64,000 bases of DNA from an uncultured Muribaculaceae bacterium (GCA_964370545.1 CAYJJQ010000001.1:25605-89604); one strand, 5' to 3'; numbered from the stretch's first letter, positions 40,490 to 49,679 are shown. Notes: generated by a model not told the origin, from the letters alone. Numbers and translations are program-made.

Positions 40490-41280
40490 TGATTTTATAT
40501 GAAATAGTTGCTATAGCCGTTATGATATTTGTAGTAATGACATTTACTGGACAGCTTAGTATTACAAAAATGATAGCAGATAATGAAATGTTATTTAGAA
40601 AATTAAAAGAAGAAGATTGGGATTTTTACGTTAGAGCTAGATATGGTGAAGGTGTTAACCCTAATGTTCTTTTTAACAAAAGAATTAAAAATGGATTTAT
40701 AGTTATTGCAGCTGCGTTAATTATATTTATTAGTCAGTTAACTGCAGTAATAGTTGTACTAGCTATAGTAGCAGGATTCTTGATTTTTAAAATGAGTCAC
40801 ATGCAATTAAAAGGTTTTTATAAAAGAAATATTCACCACATTGATGAAATGTTACCTCATTATCTAAAAAACTTAGAAATATTGATACAACATTATACAG
40901 TGCCAGTAGCAATAGGTAAATCAATGGAAACTGCACCTGATATTTTTAAAGAAGGGTTACAAGAATTAATTAATGAAATTAATTCAGGTGTAGGAACAAT
41001 CGATCCATACATGAACTTTGCAAAAAAATATCCGGTTAGAGATTCAATGAGAATGATGAGACTTTTATATCGTTTATCACTTGGTAAACAAGAAAGAAAA
41101 CAAGAACAGTTACTTACTTTTTCTAAATCAATTTCAAGTTTACAACAAAAAGGTAGAGATACTAGATATAAAAATAGACTTGATAAAATGGAAGGTAAGA
41201 CCATGGCAATGCTTATATCCACTGGACTTGGAGTTATGATTTTACTTATTTTATCAGTTTTACAAATGATGAACTTATAA
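40489..41280 (+). CDS. TadC-like inner-membrane platform protein
   Basis: 263 aa with TM helices at both ends. Start overlaps the upstream stop (TAATG). Confidence 0.45.
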   Translation: MILYEIVAIAVMIFVVMTFTGQLSITKMIADNEMLFRKLKEEDWDFYVRARYGEGVNPNVLFNKRIKNGFIVIAAALIIFISQLTAVIVVLAIVAGFLIFKMSHMQLKGFYKRNIHHIDEMLPHYLKNLEILIQHYTVPVAIGKSMETAPDIFKEGLQELINEINSGVGTIDPYMNFAKKYPVRDSMRMMRLLYRLSLGKQERKQEQLLTFSKSISSLQQKGRDTRYKNRLDKMEGKTMAMLISTGLGVMILLILSVLQMMNL

Positions 41281-41362
41281 CTTTACACTTATTTTTAAAA
41301 AAAGTTGATATTTAATAAAAAACAAGATATAATAACAATATATACTAGAGGAGGAATTTTAA

Positions 41363-41626
41363 ATGAAAGAAGCCACAGGAGAATTAAATATTACAGTTAT
41401 TACTGTAGTAGCAATTGCTGCAGTAGCAGCGCTATTTGCGGTATTTATTTTACCAGCTATACAAGATAACATCACACAATCATCAAAATGTAACTCAGCT
41501 GTTGCTTGCCAAGAAGGCGTGCCAGAAGCTGGATCTAAAACATGTCTTTACTATCCAGTAAATGAAGAGACAGGTGTACAAGGTGATCCCGAAACAATAG
41601 TTTGTAACTCAAATACTCAAGAATAA
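41363..41626 (+). CDS. Flp-like pilin candidate 1 (87 aa)
   Basis: RBS AGAGGAGG. MKEATG/ELNITVITVVAIAAVAALFAVFIL is a short polar leader ending in Gly followed by a ~22-aa hydrophobic helix. The tail carries 4 Cys. Confidence 0.45.
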   Translation: MKEATGELNITVITVVAIAAVAALFAVFILPAIQDNITQSSKCNSAVACQEGVPEAGSKTCLYYPVNEETGVQGDPETIVCNSNTQE

Positions 41627-41643
41627 AAAAAGGAATGATTTAA

Positions 41644-41871
41644 ATGAAAGAGGCTGCAGGAGAGCTTAATATAACGCTAGTAGTTGTACTTGCTATAGGG
41701 GCTTTAATGGCCTTTTTTTTAGGTGTAGTTTGGCCACTTATAGATGGAGAACTAACACACGATGCAAATTGTGATAGAGCAATTTGTGGAAGTGAAGCAG
41801 TGGATGGTATGGTTGTATGTCATGCAGATGATAACCCAGATATAACTTTTCATTGTCCATTTAAAGGGTGA
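41644..41871 (+). CDS. Flp-like pilin candidate 2 (75 aa)
   Basis: MKEAAG/ELNITLVVVLAIGALMAFFLGVVW, paralog of the previous gene; 4 Cys. Confidence 0.45.
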   Translation: MKEAAGELNITLVVVLAIGALMAFFLGVVWPLIDGELTHDANCDRAICGSEAVDGMVVCHADDNPDITFHCPFKG

Positions 41872-41875
41872 TTAG

Positions 41876-42340
41876 ATGAAAGAAGCGTATGGTGGAACCG
41901 GTTTATATGTTATAGTAATTACATTTTTATTACTATTTACAGGTATAATGGGTATGACTATTAATAGATCAAAAGCGTATTCAATAAAAGATGAAATAAT
42001 TTCTGCCATTGAAAGAGATAATGGTTTAAATATTACTCAGTCTTTAGAGAATAGTGATATAGCAGAAGCTATGGATCTCGGAGCTTATAGATCTATAGGT
42101 CAGTGCCCAGAAGAATATGAGGATAATTCTGAATATTTTGCATTTGATAGATTCGGAGCTAGAGTTACAAGTGCAGATCCTGCATCACTTTGTATCAAAC
42201 AAATAGATGTATCTGATACAGAGTGCTACTATAAAGTTATATTATTTTATGGTGTTGATTTCCCTATGCTTAATGAAATCTTTACATTTAATGTAGTAGG
42301 TGAATCATCTATTGTTACAGATTGTAGGCAGGTGAATTAA
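41876..42340 (+). CDS. TadE/TadF-like minor pilin candidate (154 aa)
   Basis: MKEAYGGTGLYVIVITFLLLFTGIMG leader similar to the Flp-like genes, with a larger globular domain. Paralog of the next gene (shared YYKVILFYGVDFPML / YYEVSLFFKFDLPFL). Confidence 0.4.
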   Translation: MKEAYGGTGLYVIVITFLLLFTGIMGMTINRSKAYSIKDEIISAIERDNGLNITQSLENSDIAEAMDLGAYRSIGQCPEEYEDNSEYFAFDRFGARVTSADPASLCIKQIDVSDTECYYKVILFYGVDFPMLNEIFTFNVVGESSIVTDCRQVN

Positions 42341-42786
42341 TGAGAGAAAGTATAGGAGCCTCTTGGCTATATGGACTTGTAATAACATTTATTATGTTGT
42401 TTTCAGCATTTTTATTATTAGCGCTTAACTATTCAGAAGCATTTGATAATAGAAATGAAGTGATTAATATATTAGAAAAATATGAAGGATATAATCCTAA
42501 TGCTATAACAGTAATTAATGAATACTTAAATGCAAAAGGGTATGATGATGATGGAAATTGTCCAGAAGGATCATTAGGTGCAACAATCGATGGTGATAGA
42601 TATACAACCGATTTAAATGGAAAATATAATTATTGTTTAACAGAAATAAGAAGTACTGATTATGAATCATACTATGAAGTATCGTTATTTTTTAAATTTG
42701 ATTTACCTTTTTTAGGAGATATACTAACATATCCTATAAGAGGTGAGACTGAAGACATCATTGTATATAATAGTGTAATTAGATAA
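42340..42786 (+). CDS. TadE/TadF-like minor pilin candidate (148 aa)
   Basis: MRESIGASWLYGLVITFIMLFSAFLLLAL; paralog of 41876..42340. Confidence 0.4.
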   Translation: MRESIGASWLYGLVITFIMLFSAFLLLALNYSEAFDNRNEVINILEKYEGYNPNAITVINEYLNAKGYDDDGNCPEGSLGATIDGDRYTTDLNGKYNYCLTEIRSTDYESYYEVSLFFKFDLPFLGDILTYPIRGETEDIIVYNSVIR

Positions 42787-42797
42787 GGAGTGAAAAA

Positions 42798-43790
42798 ATG
42801 AATGTAATAATATCAAATAAATATCAAGCTGTTCTAGGATCGCTAACTATTGATGTAATAAAAACAATTAATGGAGAGTTTAGTGCTGATGATATAATTA
42901 GCCAGTTCAAAACCTTTTTTTATAATAAAATGATTATTGATGTAACTGCTATTAAAGAGTATCAACAAATTAGAACTATTCAAAGTTTATCTTTGAATAT
43001 GGATATGAGTAATGTAATATTATTATTAGATGATTCTCCAGAAGTTAATTCACCACAATACTTATCACAGTTAGTTTCTATGGGAATATACAATTTTACT
43101 AGAAAAGCAGATTCAATAATGTATTTAATTGACCATCCTAATCAATATAAAGATGTAGCTAAATTCCAACAATTAAATGGAGAAAATCCATCAATGGAAT
43201 TTAATACTAAAATAGAAAAACAAGAAACAACAGGTTTTATAGGACAAAGAATAATTGGTATTAAGAATATTACTGCTCACGCAGGAGCAACAACTTTAAT
43301 TTATATGTTACATAAACATTTGAAAAATAAATATAAAGTGGTTGCTGTGGAGTTAGGTAGAAATGACTTTAGTCATTTTAGTGATGTAAAGATGGATAGT
43401 ATAGAAGCTACAGATTTTTCTAATTATATCAATAGTAACTTAGATAAAGAAGTTATTTTAGTTGATTTAAATGAGAATCCAGAAACATATTGTACTGAAG
43501 TAATTAATTTAATAGAACCTGGATTTATTAAACTTAATAAATTAATAAAAAAAGATGCTATGATATTCCAAAAATTAAAAGATCAAAAAATTGTTCTAAA
43601 TAGAAGTGTGTTATCTGATAAAGATGTATCAGATTTTGAAAAAGAAAGTGGAAGTAAAGTATTATTTAATTTACCTAATATTGATGATAAATTAGATAAA
43701 GTTGACAAAATAGTGGAACTATTAGTTTACCTGGGCTTTACACGAATTAACGAAAATAGTGATGATAAAGGCATATTTGGTATATTTTAG
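42798..43790 (+). CDS. TadZ/CpaE-like ParA/MinD-fold protein with degenerate Walker A (probable pseudo-ATPase)
   Basis: C-terminal half has IIGIKNITAHAGATTLIYML...KVVAVELG, i.e. MinD/ParA-like spacing (GxKGGxGKTT...KVLLIDLD) but without the P-loop Lys/Gly. Confidence 0.4.
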   Translation: MNVIISNKYQAVLGSLTIDVIKTINGEFSADDIISQFKTFFYNKMIIDVTAIKEYQQIRTIQSLSLNMDMSNVILLLDDSPEVNSPQYLSQLVSMGIYNFTRKADSIMYLIDHPNQYKDVAKFQQLNGENPSMEFNTKIEKQETTGFIGQRIIGIKNITAHAGATTLIYMLHKHLKNKYKVVAVELGRNDFSHFSDVKMDSIEATDFSNYINSNLDKEVILVDLNENPETYCTEVINLIEPGFIKLNKLIKKDAMIFQKLKDQKIVLNRSVLSDKDVSDFEKESGSKVLFNLPNIDDKLDKVDKIVELLVYLGFTRINENSDDKGIFGIF

Positions 43791-43844
43791 TTGACTATTA
43801 TATAAAACTTAGATAAAATATAAATATAAAGAAGGAGAGAAAAT

Positions 43845-44195
43845 ATGGATAATTTTTGTACTGAAACTTGGACAATATGGGAATTTGCTGGACAAGTGTT
43901 AATGATATTTAAAATAGTTATTCCACTTATAATAATTATTTTAGGAGCAATGGATTTAGGAAAAGCTGTTGTATCAAGTGATGAAAAAGAAATAAAAAAA
44001 GCTACAGGATCTTTAGTAAGAAGATTTATAGCGGGTATAATTATATTCTTTATACCGACTATAGTACACGTGGTATTTACAATGTTTGATTCAGTTCAAG
44101 TATCTGGAAATGATATTTGTACTAGTTGTCTTTCAAATCCAAGTACTTGTAAAAGTACTGCTTGTGATGCGAATCCAGGAGCTGAAGGCTGTTAA
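43845..44195 (+). CDS. small two-TM membrane protein with Cys-rich C-terminal tail; last gene of the operon
   Basis: RBS AAGGAGAG. TM helices IVIPLIIIILGAM and FIAGIIIFFIPTIVHVVF. Tail is CTSCLSNPSTCKSTACDANPGAEGC. Confidence 0.35.
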   Translation: MDNFCTETWTIWEFAGQVLMIFKIVIPLIIIILGAMDLGKAVVSSDEKEIKKATGSLVRRFIAGIIIFFIPTIVHVVFTMFDSVQVSGNDICTSCLSNPSTCKSTACDANPGAEGC

Positions 44196-44202
44196 TAAAA
44201 TT

Positions 44203-44228
44203 AATACTGTTTACAGTATTTTTTTTTT
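44203..44228. terminator. bidirectional rho-independent terminator
   Basis: AATACTGT-TT-ACAGTATT stem-loop followed by T10. Lies between the convergent genes ending at 44195 and 44269. Confidence 0.55.
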
Positions 44229-44268
44229 GCCATAATTTATGGCATGAAAAAAACCTTATTTCTAAGGT

Positions 44269-45495
44269 TTATTCTACAGCTCTCATTACACCAGAATAAG
44301 TATAGCCTTCTAATGTTTTAGAAGTATGCCATTTTTCTTCTTCTGTTGTATTAGTTCTTGTTCTTCCTGTTGGTTCATAATTATCAACATCATCATACCA
44401 CCCAGTTGAACTCCATACAGTTTCAGCATCCTCTTCAGTATACTCAACTTGGAATTTTAGTGGTACAGCAAATAAATTAATACCATATTTAGAAAAGTAA
44501 TAACTATCTACATTTCTAGCATTATGCATTTCTATTTCTATATCTACATAATATCTTCCAGATTTTTCATAAACTCTACTGATATCAAAATCAAAGTTTG
44601 AACTAGTAAGTGCTATATCTTTAAATGTATATTCATCAAGTGAGTAAACATTGTAATCTTCATTGTTTCCAACATGTAATATATCTTCATCTCTAGTTTC
44701 TAAGTATTTTCTATAATCAGTAAATCCGCTTGAGAAATATGAATCAGCTACTATTGTAGCATCCTCAATATCTAGACCTCTTAAATTAGTAAGTTCTAAT
44801 GTATACTCATAATCAAGTCCAGTAAACTCATATGTATCAGATACCCATCCAGTTGTATAGTATTGATAACTATCTACTGGTACGTATTCTTTTTCTACAG
44901 TTTCAATTTCTTTAACTAGTAAATATTCATATTTTGTTTCAGGATCTGGTGTTGGTTCAGGCTTTGGTGTTGGAGTAGGTGTAGGTGTTGGTGTAGGTGT
45001 TGGTTTGTATGTTACTACAAACGAACTAGTACAATTCTCACAAACGACATTACAATTAACAGTACATTCAGTTTCTTGAATAGTAGTTAATATATAATCA
45101 GTTTCTCCTCCACAGCTTAGTTGAACTTTTAGTGAATAATTATTATCCGCTATTTTAGTTACTTTAACATAACTATCTTCTAAACTACAAGATTTCCCAT
45201 TATCAGTAAAATCAATTACTAATTTTTGATTAATCATATTTCCTAAAGTAAGTGTTATTTCTTCATTTATGGCTTTAGGTAAATTACCTTCGTGAAAATA
45301 TCCTTCAGCAGCTACTTTCATTTCACTAATTTTATTTCTATATTCCATATTATCAGAACTACTAAATGCTGAGTTATTACCACCCGCAAGTGCTCCTACT
45401 ATTAAAAATATAATTATAACTACAACTAATACTATAGCTGTTTTAATACCGACTGAAGCCCAGTTGATACTTCTTTTCGAACTTTCTTCGTACAT
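44269..45495 (-). CDS. membrane-anchored protein, paralog A (conserved N-domain + Pro-Thr linker + conserved C-domain)
   Basis: N-terminal TM. Shared N-domain LTLGNMINQKLVIDFTDNGKSCSLEDSYVKVTK...LKVQLSCGGETDYILTTI. Linker TPTPTPTPTPTPKPEPTPDPE. C-terminal ...WHTSKTLEGYTYSGVMRAVE shared with 45629..46957. Confidence 0.45.
   Translation of the reverse strand: MYEESSKRSINWASVGIKTAIVLVVVIIIFLIVGALAGGNNSAFSSSDNMEYRNKISEMKVAAEGYFHEGNLPKAINEEITLTLGNMINQKLVIDFTDNGKSCSLEDSYVKVTKIADNNYSLKVQLSCGGETDYILTTIQETECTVNCNVVCENCTSSFVVTYKPTPTPTPTPTPTPKPEPTPDPETKYEYLLVKEIETVEKEYVPVDSYQYYTTGWVSDTYEFTGLDYEYTLELTNLRGLDIEDATIVADSYFSSGFTDYRKYLETRDEDILHVGNNEDYNVYSLDEYTFKDIALTSSNFDFDISRVYEKSGRYYVDIEIEMHNARNVDSYYFSKYGINLFAVPLKFQVEYTEEDAETVWSSTGWYDDVDNYEPTGRTRTNTTEEEKWHTSKTLEGYTYSGVMRAVE
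44945..45006. repeat. simple-sequence repeat (GGTGTA/GGTGTT)n encoding (Thr-Pro)n on the minus strand
   Basis: ggtgttggagtaggtgtaggtgttggtgtaggtgttgg, a hexanucleotide-like SSR inside paralog A. Confidence 0.7.
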
Positions 45496-45628
45496 TTTTA
45501 TACCCCCTTAAAGTATTTCAACGACAAGTTGCTTGTTACAATTATAACACAAATGTAACATATTAGCAACAACTTTTTTTTGTGTTATGTAAATATTCGT
45601 AAAAAAAGCTTTAATATGACAATTAAAG

Positions 45629-46957
45629 CTATTCTTTTATTCTAAATTTACCTGTATAACTGTAACCAGCTAGTGTTTTTGCATAATGCCATACTTCTTC
45701 TGTATCAGTTATTTCTTTAAATTGATCTGTTCCAATATGGCTATTATCTTCCATAATTTGTTCTAAGTAATCAGTAGATTCAATGCTTATATATCTACAA
45801 GCTACATCTTCTTCAGCAAATTGAATAGAAAATGTTATTGGAATAAAATATACATTTAAACCAATTTCATCAGACCAGTGTCCTCTCATAGGATAGGGGT
45901 CCTGTTTAATTTCTATGTCTATATCTATATAATAATTACCAAATCTTTCATACAGTTCACTTCTATCAAAAGTATAATGTATATTTCTAACTAAGTTATG
46001 ATCTTTCATATCTTTTTCACTTATATCCATGACATCTAAAGTATTAGCACTAGAATTATATTTTACATTATGATTTTTATCATCTAAATAATTTTCAAAA
46101 TCATCTCCAGTAAATTCATCTGTTTTATAGTTTGTATAATATATATCGTAATGATCTAAATTAGTAAGTTCTACGGTATAGCTAAATGTATCTCCTTTAT
46201 CTACAGTAATAGGTACGTATATAGCTGTATAATATTGATAGTATTCAGAAGGGCATATTTCTTGAAATAACAAATCTTTTTCTCTAGTCATTAAATATTC
46301 ATATGTTGTGTCCACATCATCATCTTTATCATCATCATTCACATCATCATCATCTTTATCATCATCATCATCTTTATCATCGTCATCATTCACATCATCA
46401 TCATCGTTATCTTTGTTATCATCGTTATCTTTGTCATCGTCATCATCATCAGGAGTTGGCTTCGGAGTAGGTTTAGTAGTATTGTTATTATCATCGTCAG
46501 GCTCATTATCAGTATCATCATCTTCATGTTCAATTACAAAATCCACACCATCAATAGTAGTAAGTATATAATCATTTTCATCACCACAATCAAGTGCAAC
46601 TTTAAGAGCGTAATTATTATCAAGTAATTTAGTGACTCTAACATAACTTTCATTTAAGTCACATGATTTTCCTTTATCGGTAAAATCAATTACCATTTTT
46701 CTATTAATCATATCTTCAAGTGATAATTCAAATGTTTCACCAACTTCATCTGGTAGGTTATCATTTTGATAATAATTTAAAGCAGCATTTTTCATATCAG
46801 CTATCTGACTGTGATAAATTAAATTATTGTCGTTATCATTATTAAATAAAAGTAATATAATAAAAATAATAATTAATATTACTGCCAATCCAATAATAAA
46901 TATAAGATTACCCGAATAATTTTTGTTTAATTTTTTCTTAGTATTTTTTTTGCTCAT
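45629..46957 (-). CDS. membrane-anchored protein, paralog B (same N- and C-domains, poly-Asp/Lys acidic linker)
   Basis: N-terminal TM. N-domain LSLEDMINRKMVIDFTDKGKSCDLNESYVRVTK...LKVALDCGDENDYILTTI. Linker DDDDDDKDNDDNKDNDDDDVNDDDDKDDDDD.... C-terminal WHYAKTLAGYSYTGKFRIKE. Confidence 0.45.
   Translation of the reverse strand: MSKKNTKKKLNKNYSGNLIFIIGLAVILIIIFIILLLFNNDNDNNLIYHSQIADMKNAALNYYQNDNLPDEVGETFELSLEDMINRKMVIDFTDKGKSCDLNESYVRVTKLLDNNYALKVALDCGDENDYILTTIDGVDFVIEHEDDDTDNEPDDDNNNTTKPTPKPTPDDDDDDKDNDDNKDNDDDDVNDDDDKDDDDDKDDDDVNDDDKDDDVDTTYEYLMTREKDLLFQEICPSEYYQYYTAIYVPITVDKGDTFSYTVELTNLDHYDIYYTNYKTDEFTGDDFENYLDDKNHNVKYNSSANTLDVMDISEKDMKDHNLVRNIHYTFDRSELYERFGNYYIDIDIEIKQDPYPMRGHWSDEIGLNVYFIPITFSIQFAEEDVACRYISIESTDYLEQIMEDNSHIGTDQFKEITDTEEVWHYAKTLAGYSYTGKFRIKE
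46310..46500. repeat. low-complexity (GAT/GAC/AAA)n trinucleotide-type repeat encoding the poly-Asp/Lys linker
   Basis: Plus strand reads (catcatc/tttatc)n. The + strand ORF 46308..46571 is its serine-rich shadow. Confidence 0.7.
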
Positions 46958-47102
46958 TACGAATTCCCCCCTTCAGGTACTTTAAGCAACATAGCCCTCT
47001 TTATTAACTTAACTATAGCATATCAATTTTATTAAATCAAGACTCAAAATAATATGACAAGCAATATAAAATATGTTAATATTTATATATAAGGAGATAA
47101 TA

Positions 47103-47999
47103 ATGAGTTTAAAAATAGAGAAACTAAATAAAAGTTATGGAAGCAAAAAAGTAGTTGATGATTTATCATTTGAAGTACTTAAACCAGCATGCTTTGGTTT
47201 ATTAGGTACTAATGGAGCAGGTAAAACAACAACTATAAGAATGATTCTTGAAATATTAAAAAAAGATTCTGGAACAATAAAATGGAAAAATGAAGAAATA
47301 GTTGGATTAAATAGCACATTTGGTTACTTACCAGAAGAAAGAGGCCTTTATCCTAAAAGTAAAATATATGATCAAATAATGTATTTTGCTAATTTAAAAG
47401 GAATTGATAAAGAACAAGCTGATGAAAAAATAGCATACTGGTTAAAAAGATTAGATGTTGAAGAATATAAATATATGACTCCTGATAAATTATCAAAAGG
47501 AAATCAGCAAAAAATACAGTTTATATTAAGTGTTCTTCACGATCCAGAATTAATTATTTTAGATGAACCTTTTAGTGGATTAGATCCAGTTAATACAGAA
47601 CTTCTTAAAAATGTAATTAATGAATTAGTAGATCAGAATAAATTTATTATTATGTCTTCTCATCAAATGAGTTCTATTGAAGAATTCTGTTCTGATTTAT
47701 TAATACTTCATAAAGGAAAAACAGTATTAAAAGGTAATTTAAAAGAAATTAAAAATAGTTATGAGGCTAAAGAAGTTATTTTAGAAACCAATGATAATAT
47801 AGATAAATTATTAAAAGATAATAAATATAAAGTATTAAGTAGAAATGATGATGAGTATATTGTGGCAATAAATAAAAAAGAAGATAGTACTAAATTATTA
47901 AATATATTAACAAAAAATAAAATAAATATAATTAAGTATGAACTTAAAAGACCAACACTACATGATATATTTGTAGAGAAAGTAGAAGGGGTAAATTAA
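47103..47999 (+). CDS. ABC transporter ATP-binding protein (ABC-2/NatA-like)
   Basis: RBS AAGGAGA then ATG 47103. Walker A GTNGAGKTT, signature LSKGNQQK, Walker B IILDEPFSGLD. Confidence 0.8.
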   Translation: MSLKIEKLNKSYGSKKVVDDLSFEVLKPACFGLLGTNGAGKTTTIRMILEILKKDSGTIKWKNEEIVGLNSTFGYLPEERGLYPKSKIYDQIMYFANLKGIDKEQADEKIAYWLKRLDVEEYKYMTPDKLSKGNQQKIQFILSVLHDPELIILDEPFSGLDPVNTELLKNVINELVDQNKFIIMSSHQMSSIEEFCSDLLILHKGKTVLKGNLKEIKNSYEAKEVILETNDNIDKLLKDNKYKVLSRNDDEYIVAINKKEDSTKLLNILTKNKINIIKYELKRPTLHDIFVEKVEGVN

Positions 48000-48000
48000 A

Positions 48001-49248
48001 ATGAAGGATATATTTATAGTAGGTAAGTTTACTATTAAAGAAACTATTAAGAAAAAAGCTTTTATTATTACAAATATAATCTTATTAGGAATAATTTTAG
48101 TTATAGTTAATATTCCTAACATAATAAAAATATTTGAAATAGATGTTGAGAACTTTATAGTAGAAAGAATAAAAATTATAGATCCTACTAATGTATTTGA
48201 AGGATCTATAAGCAATTATGCTGAATCTGATGCATTATATACTATTGATGTATTATTAAAAGATGTATCTGAAGATAACATTATTAAAGATATAGAAGAA
48301 AGTGAAACTGATAGTATTATTTATATTAGTAATGAAAATAACTTATTAGATATTAAATATTATTCAAGTAATGGAATACTTAATAGTAATGCATCAACAA
48401 TTATCAACACTCTTAATACAATATATAAAGATATTCAAATAAGTAGATTAGATCTAACTAATGAACAGTTAGAAGCTATTTATCCACAATTAAATATAGA
48501 AAATATAGCAACAGATGAAAATTCTAGTTCAGTAGATTCAGAAACATCAATGGGTGTTGGTAGTGTATTATCTATGGTACTGTTTTTAACTGTATATTTA
48601 TTTGCATATCAAGTGTCAACTGCTGTAACAACAGAGAAGACTTCAAAAATAGTTGAAACTTTATTAACATCAACTAAACCAAAAAATATTATTTTAGGAA
48701 AAACATATGGAGTAGGTTTATTAGGTTTATTACAAATAATAACTTTATTATTATTTACATTTATAAGTGCCTATCTATTTTTACCTAATGATATAATTAA
48801 TGATTTGATAGCATCACTAAATATAGCAACCCCTTTAATAATAATATCGATGTTATATTTTATACTTGCATACTTATTATTCGCATTCTTATTTGCTTTA
48901 TCTGGAGCAATGGTAAATAGAATAGAAGATGTACAAATAGCTAATATGCCTATAAATTTAGTTTTAGTAATAGGATTTTACTTAGGATATTTTACTCTTT
49001 TTGACACAACAGGAATATTAAATGTAATATCTTCTTATTTACCAATATCATCGGCATTTTCAATGCCTACAAGATATGTGCTTGAATCTGCAAGTATATC
49101 ATCAGTTATTATTTCTCTAGTTATATTAGTAGTAACTATTATAATTATTGCAAAAGTATCTATTAGAATATATTCTAATGCAATATTAAATAATGGAAGT
49201 AAAATGAATATGAAAGATTTAATAAAATTATATAAACAGAAAAATTAA
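48001..49248 (+). CDS. ABC-2 family permease (NatB-like) with large extracytoplasmic loop
   Basis: N-terminal TM, a ~150-aa loop, then 5 C-terminal TM helices. Start 1 nt after the ATPase stop. Confidence 0.6.
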   Translation: MKDIFIVGKFTIKETIKKKAFIITNIILLGIILVIVNIPNIIKIFEIDVENFIVERIKIIDPTNVFEGSISNYAESDALYTIDVLLKDVSEDNIIKDIEESETDSIIYISNENNLLDIKYYSSNGILNSNASTIINTLNTIYKDIQISRLDLTNEQLEAIYPQLNIENIATDENSSSVDSETSMGVGSVLSMVLFLTVYLFAYQVSTAVTTEKTSKIVETLLTSTKPKNIILGKTYGVGLLGLLQIITLLLFTFISAYLFLPNDIINDLIASLNIATPLIIISMLYFILAYLLFAFLFALSGAMVNRIEDVQIANMPINLVLVIGFYLGYFTLFDTTGILNVISSYLPISSAFSMPTRYVLESASISSVIISLVILVVTIIIIAKVSIRIYSNAILNNGSKMNMKDLIKLYKQKN

Positions 49249-49298
49249 ATTGACAAATAGAAAAAAAATACTATAATAATGGTAGTTTGGGTGGTTGT

Positions 49299-49679
49299 AT
49301 GAAAGAAATATACGAAAAAGAATATAGTGAAGGATTAATATATGATAATGCATTTAAAACACTAATTTATTCTAGATTAAGTGCTATGTATGATTTTTAT
49401 AATTTAATTGCAAATTATGATGATGCTACTATGCTGCCAGCAGCAAGTGGAACTTTAAAAAATTATAAAAAAGGTTTGGTAACTATGATGAATCTTTACT
49501 TACTTCTTTCATTTCCATCTAATAACCAAAAACTAAATAAAACAATATATGATAATTTAATAACAACTTCAATCAGATTAGAAGCAATTACAAAAGAGTT
49601 TTCTGCTGATTTGATTGATCAATCAACAGAAATGATTAATTTATTACTAGATATAGAAGAAGATGAAAGAAGCTTATAA
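49299..49679 (+). CDS. hypothetical protein
   Basis: ATG 49299 (MKEIYEKEY) after GGGTGG. About 126 aa. Confidence 0.35.
   Translation: MKEIYEKEYSEGLIYDNAFKTLIYSRLSAMYDFYNLIANYDDATMLPAASGTLKNYKKGLVTMMNLYLLLSFPSNNQKLNKTIYDNLITTSIRLEAITKEFSADLIDQSTEMINLLLDIEEDERSL

Noticed and set aside
43845-44195. Candidate missing TadV-like prepilin peptidase
   Set aside because: Only 116 aa with two TM helices and no paired catalytic Asp motifs. Too small and too divergent to call an A24 peptidase.
46308-46571. 87-aa serine-rich + strand ORF
   Set aside because: Reading-frame shadow of the (GAT)n acidic-linker repeat in the minus-strand gene 45629..46957.
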